Shown here: positions 18,867 through 28,280 of the stretch, one piece after another
Layout: each line of letters opens with the position of its first letter
How positions within the stretch are numbered: position 1 is the stretch's first letter
Assembly (NCBI GenBank): GCA_037131675.1
Contig: JBAXQO010000001.1
Coordinates: 25,795-89,794, forward strand
Direction: 5' to 3'
Origin: a bacterium
GTDB lineage: Bacteria > Patescibacteriota > Minisyncoccia > Phycocordibacterales > CAIZIN01
DNA length: 64,000 nucleotides
Made by a program: the position numbers and the translations under genes
The notes under the pieces: model-generated
Told to the model about the DNA's origin: nothing
Databases searched by the model: none
The model's input: the letters and a program-made list of their open reading frames with translations, nothing else

Positions 18867-19214
18867 TTATTCAGTTACTTTAAGATTCTTCATTCGTTCC
18901 TTGCGGAGTCGGTTACCTGGAAGCATTCCATATACAGCAAGGTTGAATAGTTCAGAAAAACCCTTCTTGCTTGCTACCAAAGCGGCTGAAAGCTGTTTCA
19001 AACCACCTGGGTATCCAGAATATCGCTCATGAAGAGTATCTCGAAGTTTCTTTTCAGTAAACTTTGCTTTTGAGGCGTTTATAATTTCTACTTCTACAGA
19101 AAAAGTCTTGTTTCGAGCGTATTCTGTTGTAGACTCCTTTCCTAGAAGGATTTTAGCAGCCTGACTTGCTACACGGCCGAGAGCTTTTCCTGTTGCGTCA
19201 ATTGTGTATTTCAT
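18867..19214 (-). CDS. rplM: 50S ribosomal protein L13
   Basis: YTIDATGKALGRVAS...GGLKQ...AVYGMLPGN matches L13. Start at internal ATG avoids overlap with rplQ. Confidence 0.9.
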   Translation of the reverse strand: MKYTIDATGKALGRVASQAAKILLGKESTTEYARNKTFSVEVEIINASKAKFTEKKLRDTLHERYSGYPGGLKQLSAALVASKKGFSELFNLAVYGMLPGNRLRKERMKNLKVTE

Positions 19215-19221
19215 AATATTT

Positions 19222-19572
19222 TTATACAAATTCAATGTAAGCCATTGGGCTTGCATCTTTTAGTCGTCGACCGAGTTTAATGATGCGAGTGTAACCACCT
19301 TTAACATCGAGATATTTTGGAGCAATAACATCAACAATATGCTTTGCCACTGTTTCTGATCCAACCTTATCAATAATGTTTCTTCGTGAAGCAAGAGTAT
19401 TCTTCTTGCCTGATGTTACAATTTTTTCAACATAAGGACGAAGCTCTTTAGCTTTTGCCTCAGTTGTTTTGATTTTACCTTTTTCAACAAGCGCAACTGC
19501 AAGTGACCGCATTAAAGCAGTACGTACTTTTGTTACCCTTCCGAATTTTCTGTTTGCGTTGTGATGCCTCAT
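19222..19572 (-). CDS. rplQ: 50S ribosomal protein L17
   Basis: MRHHNANRKFGR...AKAKELRPYVEKIVT matches L17. Confidence 0.9.
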   Translation of the reverse strand: MRHHNANRKFGRVTKVRTALMRSLAVALVEKGKIKTTEAKAKELRPYVEKIVTSGKKNTLASRRNIIDKVGSETVAKHIVDVIAPKYLDVKGGYTRIIKLGRRLKDASPMAYIEFV

Positions 19573-19581
19573 GTTTGTAAA

Positions 19582-20550
19582 TTATTTAAGCGTAATTCCG
19601 TGTTCACCCAAAACCTTCTTAATTTCTTGAACACCCTTGTTTCCAAGGCCTTCAATATCAAGAATATCTTCTTCCTTCTTGCGTACAAGTCCGCCCACCG
19701 TGCGGATGTTTGCGCTAACCAACGCATTTGTTGTTCGCTGGGATAGATTAAGTGATTCTATCCGTGTTTTAAGAAAGTCTTCGTATACTTCTTTTCGAAA
19801 CGCCTCTTTTTCTGCGTAATCATCCTTCTTTACTTCACCCAAAGACTCAATCTCTGGTTCTTCAAAACCAATGATCGCCTTAAGCTGATCAATCATAATA
19901 CTGATTGATTTCTCAAGTGCCTGCTTTGGCATAACCGTACCATCAGTTTCTATGAAAATTTTGATACGGTTGAAGTCTGTTCGGTCGCCCACGCGCATAT
20001 TTTCCACCTCGTAGTTTACTCGGCGAATAGGAGTGAAGTTTGCATCAAGTACAATAGCACCTATGTCTACACGTTCTTTTTGAATGAGTTCTTTTGAAAC
20101 ATACCCTAAACCTCGCTCAATTGTCATTTCTACATCAAGTTCTGCACTTTTGTCTGTCAAAGTAGCAATAATTTGTTCTGGATTTAAAATACGAATTTGA
20201 CCACCAGCTTCAATATCTGCTGCTGTCACATTTTTTATACCTGAAATCTTGATAGTTGCAACCTGAGGTTCATCCGTCAACATTTCAATTCGAACACGCT
20301 TCAAGTTAAGAAGAACAGTAATGATATCTTCTTTAACACCGTTTAATGTTGAAAATTCATGAGGTACACCAGCAATCTTTACCTTTGTGATTGCGGCACC
20401 TGGTAATGAAGAAAGAATAATGCGACGAAGAGAGTTACCTAGAGTATGGCCATATCCTGGGTAAAGACCGTCGATTTCATATACACCGACGAAACCTTCC
20501 TCACGTACGATCTTTGGCTTTGAAGGGAGAAGTACTTTGTGCTCAGACAT
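19582..20550 (-). CDS. rpoA: DNA-directed RNA polymerase alpha subunit
   Basis: N-terminal dimerisation domain and C-terminal CTD pattern; position after S4/S11/S13 as in canonical alpha operon. Confidence 0.9.
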   Translation of the reverse strand: MSEHKVLLPSKPKIVREEGFVGVYEIDGLYPGYGHTLGNSLRRIILSSLPGAAITKVKIAGVPHEFSTLNGVKEDIITVLLNLKRVRIEMLTDEPQVATIKISGIKNVTAADIEAGGQIRILNPEQIIATLTDKSAELDVEMTIERGLGYVSKELIQKERVDIGAIVLDANFTPIRRVNYEVENMRVGDRTDFNRIKIFIETDGTVMPKQALEKSISIMIDQLKAIIGFEEPEIESLGEVKKDDYAEKEAFRKEVYEDFLKTRIESLNLSQRTTNALVSANIRTVGGLVRKKEEDILDIEGLGNKGVQEIKKVLGEHGITLK

Positions 20551-20622
20551 AAAAATTGAGTTTTTTAAGTTAAGGTTAATGGATAAAAATTATAAATCAT
20601 TTCCGACTATTTTGCAATAGTC

Positions 20623-21231
20623 TTATCTTCGATAGTACTGCACAACTGCTGCAAGGTTTAAATGACTCTCTCCGGGAAGTGCCTTTGGTGCACCTTCGAC
20701 TGTAATTGACTTCTTATCTTTATCAAGCTTAAGCCATGCAGGAACTACTACCGTTTTAAGTTTTTCATCCAATGTTGCAAACACAGGCTTCTTTGAACTA
20801 GCCTCTCTGATAGTAACAACGTCACCTTTTCTCATCTGTCGTGAAGGAACCATAGTTTTCACACCGTTTACGATTATGTGTCCGTGTGCTGTAAGCTGTC
20901 GAGCGAGGGCTCGTGTGTGAGCAAAACCTCCTCGAAGTACTACGTTATCTAGACGAGATTCTAGAGTTTCGAAAAGTCTCTCTGAAGGTTTAAGTGTCTT
21001 TTCTGCAATAACACCCTTGACCATATTCTTGAACTGTCTTTCATTTAAACCATAAGTAACTCGAACACGCTGCTTGTCGAGCATAAGATTACCGTAGTCT
21101 GTTTTTGCTCGCTTACCCTCTGGGTTTGCTTTTCTCTTTGTAAGATGTACAGAAAATTTAGCAGTAGATGTTTTTTCAAAAACATGTGCTCCTAATCGTC
21201 GTGCTTTTTTGTATCGTGGTCCAATTTTCAT
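20623..21231 (-). CDS. rpsD: 30S ribosomal protein S4
   Basis: MKIGPRYKKARRLG... and S4 RNA-binding domain. Confidence 0.9.
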   Translation of the reverse strand: MKIGPRYKKARRLGAHVFEKTSTAKFSVHLTKRKANPEGKRAKTDYGNLMLDKQRVRVTYGLNERQFKNMVKGVIAEKTLKPSERLFETLESRLDNVVLRGGFAHTRALARQLTAHGHIIVNGVKTMVPSRQMRKGDVVTIREASSKKPVFATLDEKLKTVVVPAWLKLDKDKKSITVEGAPKALPGESHLNLAAVVQYYRR

Positions 21232-21255
21232 AGTTCGTGATAGTGTAAAAAATGA

Positions 21256-21681
21256 TTATACTCGTCGTGGCTTTGGAGGTTTTGGTCCATTGTGAGGAAC
21301 CGGAGTCACATCTTTAATAGATGTAATTGTAAAACCTTTGGTAATAAAACTTCGAATTGAAGACTCGCGACCGGAGCCAACACCCTTAACTACTACTGCA
21401 ACCTCCTTAACTCCAAGTGTCTGAGCTTTATCCCCAAGCACTTCGCCAATTTTTGCAGCTGCAAAAGGAGTTCCTTTCTTTGCACCTTTAAAACCAAGAG
21501 AACCTGATGAAGACCAGGCATATATGTTACCTTTAGTATCTGCAAGAGATAGTTTTGTATTGTTGTAAGTGGACTCAACAAAAAGAACAGCTGACTCTAG
21601 TCGTTTTTTTGATGAAGCTGATGTTTTTGCAACACCTTCATTTGCGGAACCTTCTGTTTTTACGATTCGTTTCTTTCCCAT
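21256..21681 (-). CDS. rpsK: 30S ribosomal protein S11
   Basis: ...GFKGAKKGTPFAAAKIGE...VKGVGSGRESSIRS matches S11. Confidence 0.9.
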   Translation of the reverse strand: MGKKRIVKTEGSANEGVAKTSASSKKRLESAVLFVESTYNNTKLSLADTKGNIYAWSSSGSLGFKGAKKGTPFAAAKIGEVLGDKAQTLGVKEVAVVVKGVGSGRESSIRSFITKGFTITSIKDVTPVPHNGPKPPKPRRV

Positions 21682-21691
21682 AGTTTATTTA

Positions 21692-22072
21692 TTATTTCTT
21701 TTCAACAGCCTTACGTCCTGAACCCATAGTCTTGCGAACATTTCCTCGAACTGTTCGAGAGTTTGTTTTTGTACGCTGGCCATTTACAGGAAGCTTTCGT
21801 GTGTGTCGAACACCTCGATATGCCTTAATATCTTTCAAACGTTTTACGTTACCTGAAACTTCTCGTTTCAAATCACCTTCAACTTTGATACTTTCTACAA
21901 CTTTTCGAATGGCGTTCTCTTCATCTGGAGTAAGATCTTTTGACTTCTTTCCAAAATCTATGCCAACTTCTTTCAAGATATGTTGGGCACGTGAACGACC
22001 AATACCAAAAATTGTTGTTAGTCCAATCTCGAGACGCTTTTCATCTGGAAGTGTAATACCTAGGATTCGCAT
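21692..22072 (-). CDS. rpsM: 30S ribosomal protein S13
   Basis: MRILGITLPDEKRLEIGLTTIFGIGRSRA matches S13. Confidence 0.9.
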   Translation of the reverse strand: MRILGITLPDEKRLEIGLTTIFGIGRSRAQHILKEVGIDFGKKSKDLTPDEENAIRKVVESIKVEGDLKREVSGNVKRLKDIKAYRGVRHTRKLPVNGQRTKTNSRTVRGNVRKTMGSGRKAVEKK

Positions 22073-22077
22073 AATAT

Positions 22078-22194
22078 TTAGCCTTGTCGCTGCTTAAAGC
22101 GAGGATTTTTTTTGTTAATAATATAAAGCACACCATGTCGTCTTACGACTTTGTCATTTGAATCTCGCTTTTTGATTGTTGATTTTACTTTCAT
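22078..22194 (-). CDS. rpmJ: 50S ribosomal protein L36 (Cys-less, zinc-independent type)
   Basis: [38 protein letters not shown]: L36 length, MKV start and KQRQG end, but zinc-ligand cysteines replaced. Below the 60-aa ORF cut-off of the supplied track, found by reading the frame. Confidence 0.75.
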   Translation of the reverse strand: MKVKSTIKKRDSNDKVVRRHGVLYIINKKNPRFKQRQG

Positions 22195-22213
22195 CAGTTG
22201 TAATCTTAGGTTC

Positions 22214-22423
22214 TTAAAAACGTTTATTGATTCTTGCCTTACCACCATATGGATCAAGTTCGAGTGATACCTTATCGCCCACAAGAACACGAATGCGATG
22301 CAACCGCATCTTGCCGGCAAGATATGCAAGAACTACTTCACCATTTTCGAGCTCTACTCGGAAAAATGTATTGGGCAATGCTTCCATAACCGTCCCAGTA
22401 ACACTATTTTTGTTGTTGTCCAT
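22214..22423 (-). CDS. infA: Translation initiation factor IF-1
   Basis: [50 protein letters not shown] matches IF-1 S1-like fold. Start at internal ATG. Confidence 0.85.
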   Translation of the reverse strand: MDNNKNSVTGTVMEALPNTFFRVELENGEVVLAYLAGKMRLHRIRVLVGDKVSLELDPYGGKARINKRF

Positions 22424-22500
22424 TACTTTCAAAACAGTGGGTACAATAGTAGCAAAAGTAAGGCTTTCCGTCAAGGCTTACTTTTCCCCACTGTATTTAA

Positions 22501-23853
22501 TTATTGATTAATACTAATTTTGTTAACATCTGAAGGAAAATGATTGCGCCAAAATGGCTTTATTTCGGCATTTCCCTTCTCTATTCCCACATAAGTAGCC
22601 AAGACCGTTGGAAAAGAATCTCGAGACATTCCAGCCAAATCACTCTTGAGTTTTTCCTGGTCATACATATATACAAAATGTGGTTTACCACTAACTTTTA
22701 CTGAAAACTGACTTATGTCACTAGAGAGCGTGGAGGTAGCAGAAGTTGGCGTAAAAGATAAGTCTTTTAAGTTTGTAATTTGTATATCCTCATTTGAATA
22801 TCCGTGAATCAGTTGTGCGGCAAGAAAAGATGAGAATTTTTGAGAATTTACTAACACACCAACAAAATCAGCTTTTTGTTTTACAACCACCATATCATCT
22901 TTTGTTTCCTGAGTGCTTGAAGCAAAGTTAATAGAATATAAATCTCCAAGCAAAACAAAAGTTTCTGGTTTTTGCTGGTTAACACTTGTGATTAATTGAT
23001 CTTTAAGACTATCCCTTAACTGCTTTTCTGCTTGAGCTGCTTCTTTAGGATCTGCAACTTTTATGGTTCCTAGCGCACCACCAGAAATTATTGTTTTGGA
23101 ACGAGCATAAACTGCTTGGAATTTTGGCGAACCCTTAAAACCAGGCAATGTGAAATCAGTGAGATCTGAGTTATATTCAGAACCAAACGTATCGGCCACA
23201 ACATTTACTTCAATACTTCCAGGGTTTACTGTACTCCCGCTCTTTTTACCGGCTGGTACAACTATAGTTGCAACCGTTCTGTAGACCTTACCAGAAGGAG
23301 ACTCTAATCTTGTTTGAGATAATAGTTTTTGAGAAGTTAAATTTTTATTATAAACAACAACTCTTCCAGTAGCTTTTTCTTGAACACTTTTTTCTCCTTG
23401 TGCAGGTATAGTCTGGCTAACTTCGCGCGCAAGATTTACTGTTTCAAAAGGCAAAGTTCCCTGAGCTGCATTTTTACTTAACTTAATTTCAGAGTCAATT
23501 TTAGACGTTACTTCTTTTGCATTAACCTCAACAACTGCTGAATTGAAAAAAGATGAAGCAAAAAAACCACCACCTATTATGAGTCCAATTAAAACTACCC
23601 ACATAGTTATCTTGACCCAGCTAAGAGGGCGACTTTCTTTATCAAGGTAATCAACATTAAAACCACCATCATCTTCTAGATTCAAAATTGTTTCACTACT
23701 TTCCACGAAAAATTCTTCAGGCTCTGGTTGTTTTATCTTTTTTTTACGACTTTTTGTTTCAGTAGCAAGTTCCTCATGTCCCAAAGGAATATCGCGAATA
23801 GATCGTCGATGTGCTGGCTTAATATCCTGCATAGAAGTTTTTTTGTTCATCAT
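22501..23853 (-). CDS. Single-pass membrane protein, function unknown (possibly pilus/divisome accessory)
   Basis: ~95-aa cytoplasmic N-terminus, one TM helix (WVVLIGLIIGGGFFASSFF), large extracytoplasmic domain. Downstream of actin-like ATPase gene. Confidence 0.35.
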   Translation of the reverse strand: MMNKKTSMQDIKPAHRRSIRDIPLGHEELATETKSRKKKIKQPEPEEFFVESSETILNLEDDGGFNVDYLDKESRPLSWVKITMWVVLIGLIIGGGFFASSFFNSAVVEVNAKEVTSKIDSEIKLSKNAAQGTLPFETVNLAREVSQTIPAQGEKSVQEKATGRVVVYNKNLTSQKLLSQTRLESPSGKVYRTVATIVVPAGKKSGSTVNPGSIEVNVVADTFGSEYNSDLTDFTLPGFKGSPKFQAVYARSKTIISGGALGTIKVADPKEAAQAEKQLRDSLKDQLITSVNQQKPETFVLLGDLYSINFASSTQETKDDMVVVKQKADFVGVLVNSQKFSSFLAAQLIHGYSNEDIQITNLKDLSFTPTSATSTLSSDISQFSVKVSGKPHFVYMYDQEKLKSDLAGMSRDSFPTVLATYVGIEKGNAEIKPFWRNHFPSDVNKISINQ

Positions 23854-23870
23854 GATATATATTTGTATTT

Positions 23871-25088
23871 TTATTCTACTACATAGCCACTTGTCACGAT
23901 ATTATCTTTAACAGGTGAAAGCATGCAGAGGTAAAGAGCTTCTAACCCAAGAAAGAAATCTTTTTTTGCTGGGTTAGAAAAATCAACATGTGATTCAAAC
24001 ATCTCATTCTTTATTGGGATAATCTGAAATTTGTATTCTGACATGGTCTGACTATATGATTTATTTTTTTCAAACAAAGTTTCAAAGAAAGGAATCATAT
24101 TTTCGTCTGTGATGAAATATATCACAGGAGGCATAGCAACATTTTTCACAAGCCCACCAAAAGACCTTTCTAACTGGGTAAACCAATCCTTTCGAATGGA
24201 ATCTACGGAGCTATCTATCAGAGTGTTTTGCTCCTCGTGTGTTTCATTCTTTAAATACATAGACAGCGCTGACTGAGCTAAAGAGTAGTCTAGTTTACAA
24301 TCACTCTCAATTCTACTTATGATACTGCGTGTACCTATTGGAAAAGACATTGTATCGAAAAGTGCATTGTTGTCTATGAGCGAGATATCTGTAACCTCAT
24401 CTGATATATCAAACACAAAAAAACTATCATTAGAGTGGAATAAGTTTCGCAAAATAGCACCCGACGCGAGTACGAAAGTATGATGTTCTATTTTTAAGCC
24501 AGCAAATACATGATTTATTGATTCTTCAATTGTTTCAATACTTTTTTTAGAAAGTGCACTCACAAAAATGGAAACTTCTGCCGTTGTGGATTTTTTACCG
24601 AAAGGATTATGAGTTTGGTAACCATTGAGTTTAACCTGCGTCACTCTACGTTCAATTATTTTTACATCTTCCAAAGAAGTATGATTTGAAGCATCTTTTG
24701 AAGACATAAAATTATTTTCTCCTTCAGTAACTAATTTTTCAAAAACCTCCTCAGAAAAAACAGAAGGTGAAGAATGTGATAACTTCAATACTTGCACTTG
24801 AGAAATAAACCACGGAGAAGAGTAAAAACAAGACACATGCGATGGTTTGATCCCTTGAGAAATAGCGTGCTGCAAGGCTAGCACAAGAGCTTCTTTTAAT
24901 TCATTTGATACAACAGATATTTCCGAAGTTGCATTTAGCCTTGGGGTTGTGAAATATATTCTTTCACAAAATAAAATTTTAGGAGGTGTACACGTAGTGT
25001 CTACCAATGAAATACCAACACTGCCACTCCCGACATCACAGACGAGTTCAATATTTTTTGTACATCTATTAGAAGAAAAAAGACCCAT
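23871..25088 (-). CDS. Actin-like ATPase fold protein (FtsA/PilM-like)
   Basis: LVCDVGSGSVGISLVD phosphate-1 loop and MSFPIGTRSII motif as in FtsA/PilM. Exact family unresolved. Confidence 0.4.
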   Translation of the reverse strand: MGLFSSNRCTKNIELVCDVGSGSVGISLVDTTCTPPKILFCERIYFTTPRLNATSEISVVSNELKEALVLALQHAISQGIKPSHVSCFYSSPWFISQVQVLKLSHSSPSVFSEEVFEKLVTEGENNFMSSKDASNHTSLEDVKIIERRVTQVKLNGYQTHNPFGKKSTTAEVSIFVSALSKKSIETIEESINHVFAGLKIEHHTFVLASGAILRNLFHSNDSFFVFDISDEVTDISLIDNNALFDTMSFPIGTRSIISRIESDCKLDYSLAQSALSMYLKNETHEEQNTLIDSSVDSIRKDWFTQLERSFGGLVKNVAMPPVIYFITDENMIPFFETLFEKNKSYSQTMSEYKFQIIPIKNEMFESHVDFSNPAKKDFFLGLEALYLCMLSPVKDNIVTSGYVVE

Positions 25089-25143
25089 TACGAATAAGTA
25101 TACTACATGTGTTAAATACTGAGTAGTAATATGGTGTGGAAAA

Positions 25144-26943
25144 TTACTCCAACACCGCTTTTATACGTCTGACACCTTGAGCAACAGCCTCTTCTTTAGC
25201 AATTTTGAAATGCCCAAGTTCTGAAGTATTCTTCACGTGAGGACCACCACAAAATTCTTTTGAATATGCATCCTCGATTGATTCTCCAATATAGTACACA
25301 GAAACTACATCTCCGTATTTATCCCCAAAGAAATGCAATGCCCCTGTCTTTAGAGCTTCTTCTTTTGGAAGTTCAATACGGGTTACAGGTAATGCTGCAT
25401 TGATTTTTTCATTCACAATGTCTTCAACTTTTTTCTTTTCTTCATCAGTCATTTTTTGAGTATGTGTAAAGTCGAAGCGTAGTCTTTCAGGTGTAATATT
25501 TGAACCTTTTTGAGACACGTGAACACCGAGTACTTCACGAAGTGCTTGGTGAAGCAAGTGTGTTGTTGTGTGGTATTTTATAGAAATTTCACTCGTGTCC
25601 CCCATTCCACCTTTAAATTTTTGTTCAGCACCGACTCGTGAAAGCTCTTGGTGTTTTTTGAATTCTTCCTGGTAGCCACAATCATCTACTTTGATTCCCT
25701 TTTCTTTTGCCAACTCTTGAGTAAGCTCTAACGGAAAACCAAAAGTTGAAAATAATATAAAAGCATCTTTTCCAGATATATTTCTATCTGAAAGTTTCTC
25801 AAATTGTTTCAATCCGTCTTTAAGGGTTTTTCTAAACTTCTCTTCTTCCTTATTTATTTCATCAATTATTATTTCAGATTTATCTGAAACGTTTTTATAT
25901 ATATCTTTATATGTCTCTATAGCTTGTTTTGAAATTTCCGAAAGAGAGTTTCCTTTAATACCTAAAATATCAGCATATCTTACGGCACGACGGATTATTC
26001 TACGAAGTACATATCCCTGGTCTCCATTTGAAGGAACAACCCCATCTGAAATTAACATGGTCGCTGTGCGAATATGGTCAGCAACAATCCTTTTGGCTCG
26101 TAAGTTTTCGTTTGTAGAAAGTTCCCCTATTTTTGAAAATATTTTTTGGAATATGTCTGTATCAAAAATATTATTCTTGCCCTGAAGCACCATAGTCACT
26201 CTTTCAAAACCAGAACCAGTGTCCACATTTTTCTGAGAAAGCTCGCTCACAACTTTTCCATCTTTCTTAAGATACTGCATGAAAACATCATTCCAAATTT
26301 CCACAACCTGTTGAGCGTCATCCGCAGCCACAAATTCTTCATGAGTTAAACCTTTTGTTAATTCTCCGTAGACATCGTAATACATTTCTGTATCCGGACC
26401 ACAAGGACCGTTTTCTCCAGGACTCCACCAATTTTTTGATGCCGGTAGAAAGAAAATTCGATTTCCTGTTACATTATTTTTTTCAAAGATTTCACGCCAG
26501 ATATTTGCAGACTCTTCGTCTTTTGGTGCGTTTTCATCACCCTCAAAACATGTAACGTAAAGTTTCTGGGGATCCAATCCAAAGCCATCTTCTTTAGACG
26601 TTAAAAGTTCATAACTCCAATTAATAGCTTCTTTTTTAAAATAATCTCCAAGGGACCAGTTTCCCACCATTTCAAAAAAAGTCGCATGAGTATTGTCCCC
26701 AATTTCATCAAGATCTCCTGTGCGGACACATTTTTGAATATTTGCCAAACGTGTGCCTAGGGGATGTTTTTCACCCAACAAGTACGGAACAAGAGGTTGC
26801 ATACCGGCAGTATTAAAAAGCACAGAAGGGTCATTTTCTGGGATAAGAGAAGCGGAAGGAACAATGGCGTGTCCACGCTTTTCAAAAAATGCTAAAAATC
26901 GCTTTCGTATTTCTGTTGAGTTCATTAGATAGTAATTTATCAT
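25144..26943 (-). CDS. alaS: Alanyl-tRNA synthetase, short form lacking C-Ala domain
   Basis: N-terminal FLAFFEKRGHAIVPSASLIP...NTAGMQP; editing-domain HTTTHLLH and CGGPHV zinc motif. Only 599 aa. Confidence 0.85.
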   Translation of the reverse strand: MINYYLMNSTEIRKRFLAFFEKRGHAIVPSASLIPENDPSVLFNTAGMQPLVPYLLGEKHPLGTRLANIQKCVRTGDLDEIGDNTHATFFEMVGNWSLGDYFKKEAINWSYELLTSKEDGFGLDPQKLYVTCFEGDENAPKDEESANIWREIFEKNNVTGNRIFFLPASKNWWSPGENGPCGPDTEMYYDVYGELTKGLTHEEFVAADDAQQVVEIWNDVFMQYLKKDGKVVSELSQKNVDTGSGFERVTMVLQGKNNIFDTDIFQKIFSKIGELSTNENLRAKRIVADHIRTATMLISDGVVPSNGDQGYVLRRIIRRAVRYADILGIKGNSLSEISKQAIETYKDIYKNVSDKSEIIIDEINKEEEKFRKTLKDGLKQFEKLSDRNISGKDAFILFSTFGFPLELTQELAKEKGIKVDDCGYQEEFKKHQELSRVGAEQKFKGGMGDTSEISIKYHTTTHLLHQALREVLGVHVSQKGSNITPERLRFDFTHTQKMTDEEKKKVEDIVNEKINAALPVTRIELPKEEALKTGALHFFGDKYGDVVSVYYIGESIEDAYSKEFCGGPHVKNTSELGHFKIAKEEAVAQGVRRIKAVLE

Positions 26944-27010
26944 AAATTCTGCTTAAACAAAACCAAAAGAAAAAGGCGTGCGTCACTTGGGACGAACACC
27001 TTATTTTGAT

Positions 27011-27364
27011 TCAAGACCTTGCCTCAAGCTTTGCAATCAAGAAACAATTACACTTCCTTTTTCGACGAACGTTGCGACAGAATGTACGTGCGCGATTTCT
27101 GGAACCGTTATTTAGGAAGTGTTTTATAAGCTCGAGTGTATCAGGATCATGATGCACCTCTTCACCAGTAAACCACCTGTTTTCGTTTCCAAAGATGCAC
27201 AAAAGTATATCCCTGAGATACGACCCGTGTTTACGGCAAAGACTAGCTTGAATCACGCCTTCCTCACCACAACTTTCCAAAAGAAGGAAGAATTTTTCAC
27301 ACTTATCTGAGGCACGTGGTTCTCTTTCTTCCAAACGATTAAAGAAACTAGTTAAAGTATTCAT
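27011..27364 (-). CDS. Hypothetical protein
   Basis: ORF only. Locally elevated GC. No motif recognised. Confidence 0.3.
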   Translation of the reverse strand: MNTLTSFFNRLEEREPRASDKCEKFFLLLESCGEEGVIQASLCRKHGSYLRDILLCIFGNENRWFTGEEVHHDPDTLELIKHFLNNGSRNRARTFCRNVRRKRKCNCFLIAKLEARS

Positions 27365-27427
27365 ATGAGGGAGCTAACTAAACAAGAGTCTACACCCGCC
27401 TCTTTCTTTAGTCAAAATTGAAACAGT

Positions 27428-28270
27428 CTACATATCACAAATTTCATGCACTTCTTCAAGAATTTCATCAATACGATTCTGGGGAATTTCCATATCCTTC
27501 AAGATTATCGCTTTTTCTTTCAAAGCCTTACACGTTACAATTTCTTTTGCGAGCAAGACTTTTTTCTCAACATTAGTAAGAGTCGTTAGGCATGTAAGTG
27601 GATGCAAACTCATTTCTTCAATAAGGTCATGTAGATTACCTTTTGCTGGATAGTTCCAGCCAATCATATTCACCCCAGCACATGAACCAAACTTAATCGC
27701 ATTTTCAGTAAACTTAGTATTCGTAATCAAAAGACCTTGTGTCATCCCGCGAAGCTTACCTCCTATATTAAATGTTACATTTTTCAAATCATCAAAACGC
27801 GCCTTTATGTAGAGAGCAACTTTCACATCAGATTTCAACATTAGTTGATTGTGAAATTTTACCTCTGTCATTACAAGCTGTTCATCATTATAAGCAACAA
27901 CATCAATTTCATGTTCTATACAAGACCCATTCACCATCACATCATTCATAATAGAAAAACCTTTTGCCTTAAAAATTTCACCCACAAAATCTTCAAACGG
28001 AAATCCTGTAGGACCAAAATCCGCAATTGAACGGCGTAAAGAATACCTAATTGCAGGACGACTTTCTTTTTTACGAAGTAATTTAAAAGCTTGGGAATAA
28101 ATCTGATGAGTTGGCATCCCCTCCTTAAGTTCTTTTTCAATTTCTTTTGAAACATCATCTGCAACAAACATAGATGCACCCGCCTTTTCTAGTGAATCGA
28201 CTAATTTTGCACGATCAAAAGGCTCGCGTGTCCCAGATGATTTCTCGATATAAATTTCAGATGTTGTCAT
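27428..28270 (-). CDS. ATP-cone domain fused to PD-(D/E)xK (Mrr-like) restriction-endonuclease-fold domain
   Basis: N-terminal IYIEKSSGTREPFDRAKLVDSLEKAG is ATP-cone-like (NrdR/RNR regulatory domain). Middle HEIDVVAY...TEVKF provides D...(D/E)xK nuclease motif. Confidence 0.55.
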   Translation of the reverse strand: MTTSEIYIEKSSGTREPFDRAKLVDSLEKAGASMFVADDVSKEIEKELKEGMPTHQIYSQAFKLLRKKESRPAIRYSLRRSIADFGPTGFPFEDFVGEIFKAKGFSIMNDVMVNGSCIEHEIDVVAYNDEQLVMTEVKFHNQLMLKSDVKVALYIKARFDDLKNVTFNIGGKLRGMTQGLLITNTKFTENAIKFGSCAGVNMIGWNYPAKGNLHDLIEEMSLHPLTCLTTLTNVEKKVLLAKEIVTCKALKEKAIILKDMEIPQNRIDEILEEVHEICDM

Positions 28271-28280
28271 ACAAGAAATA

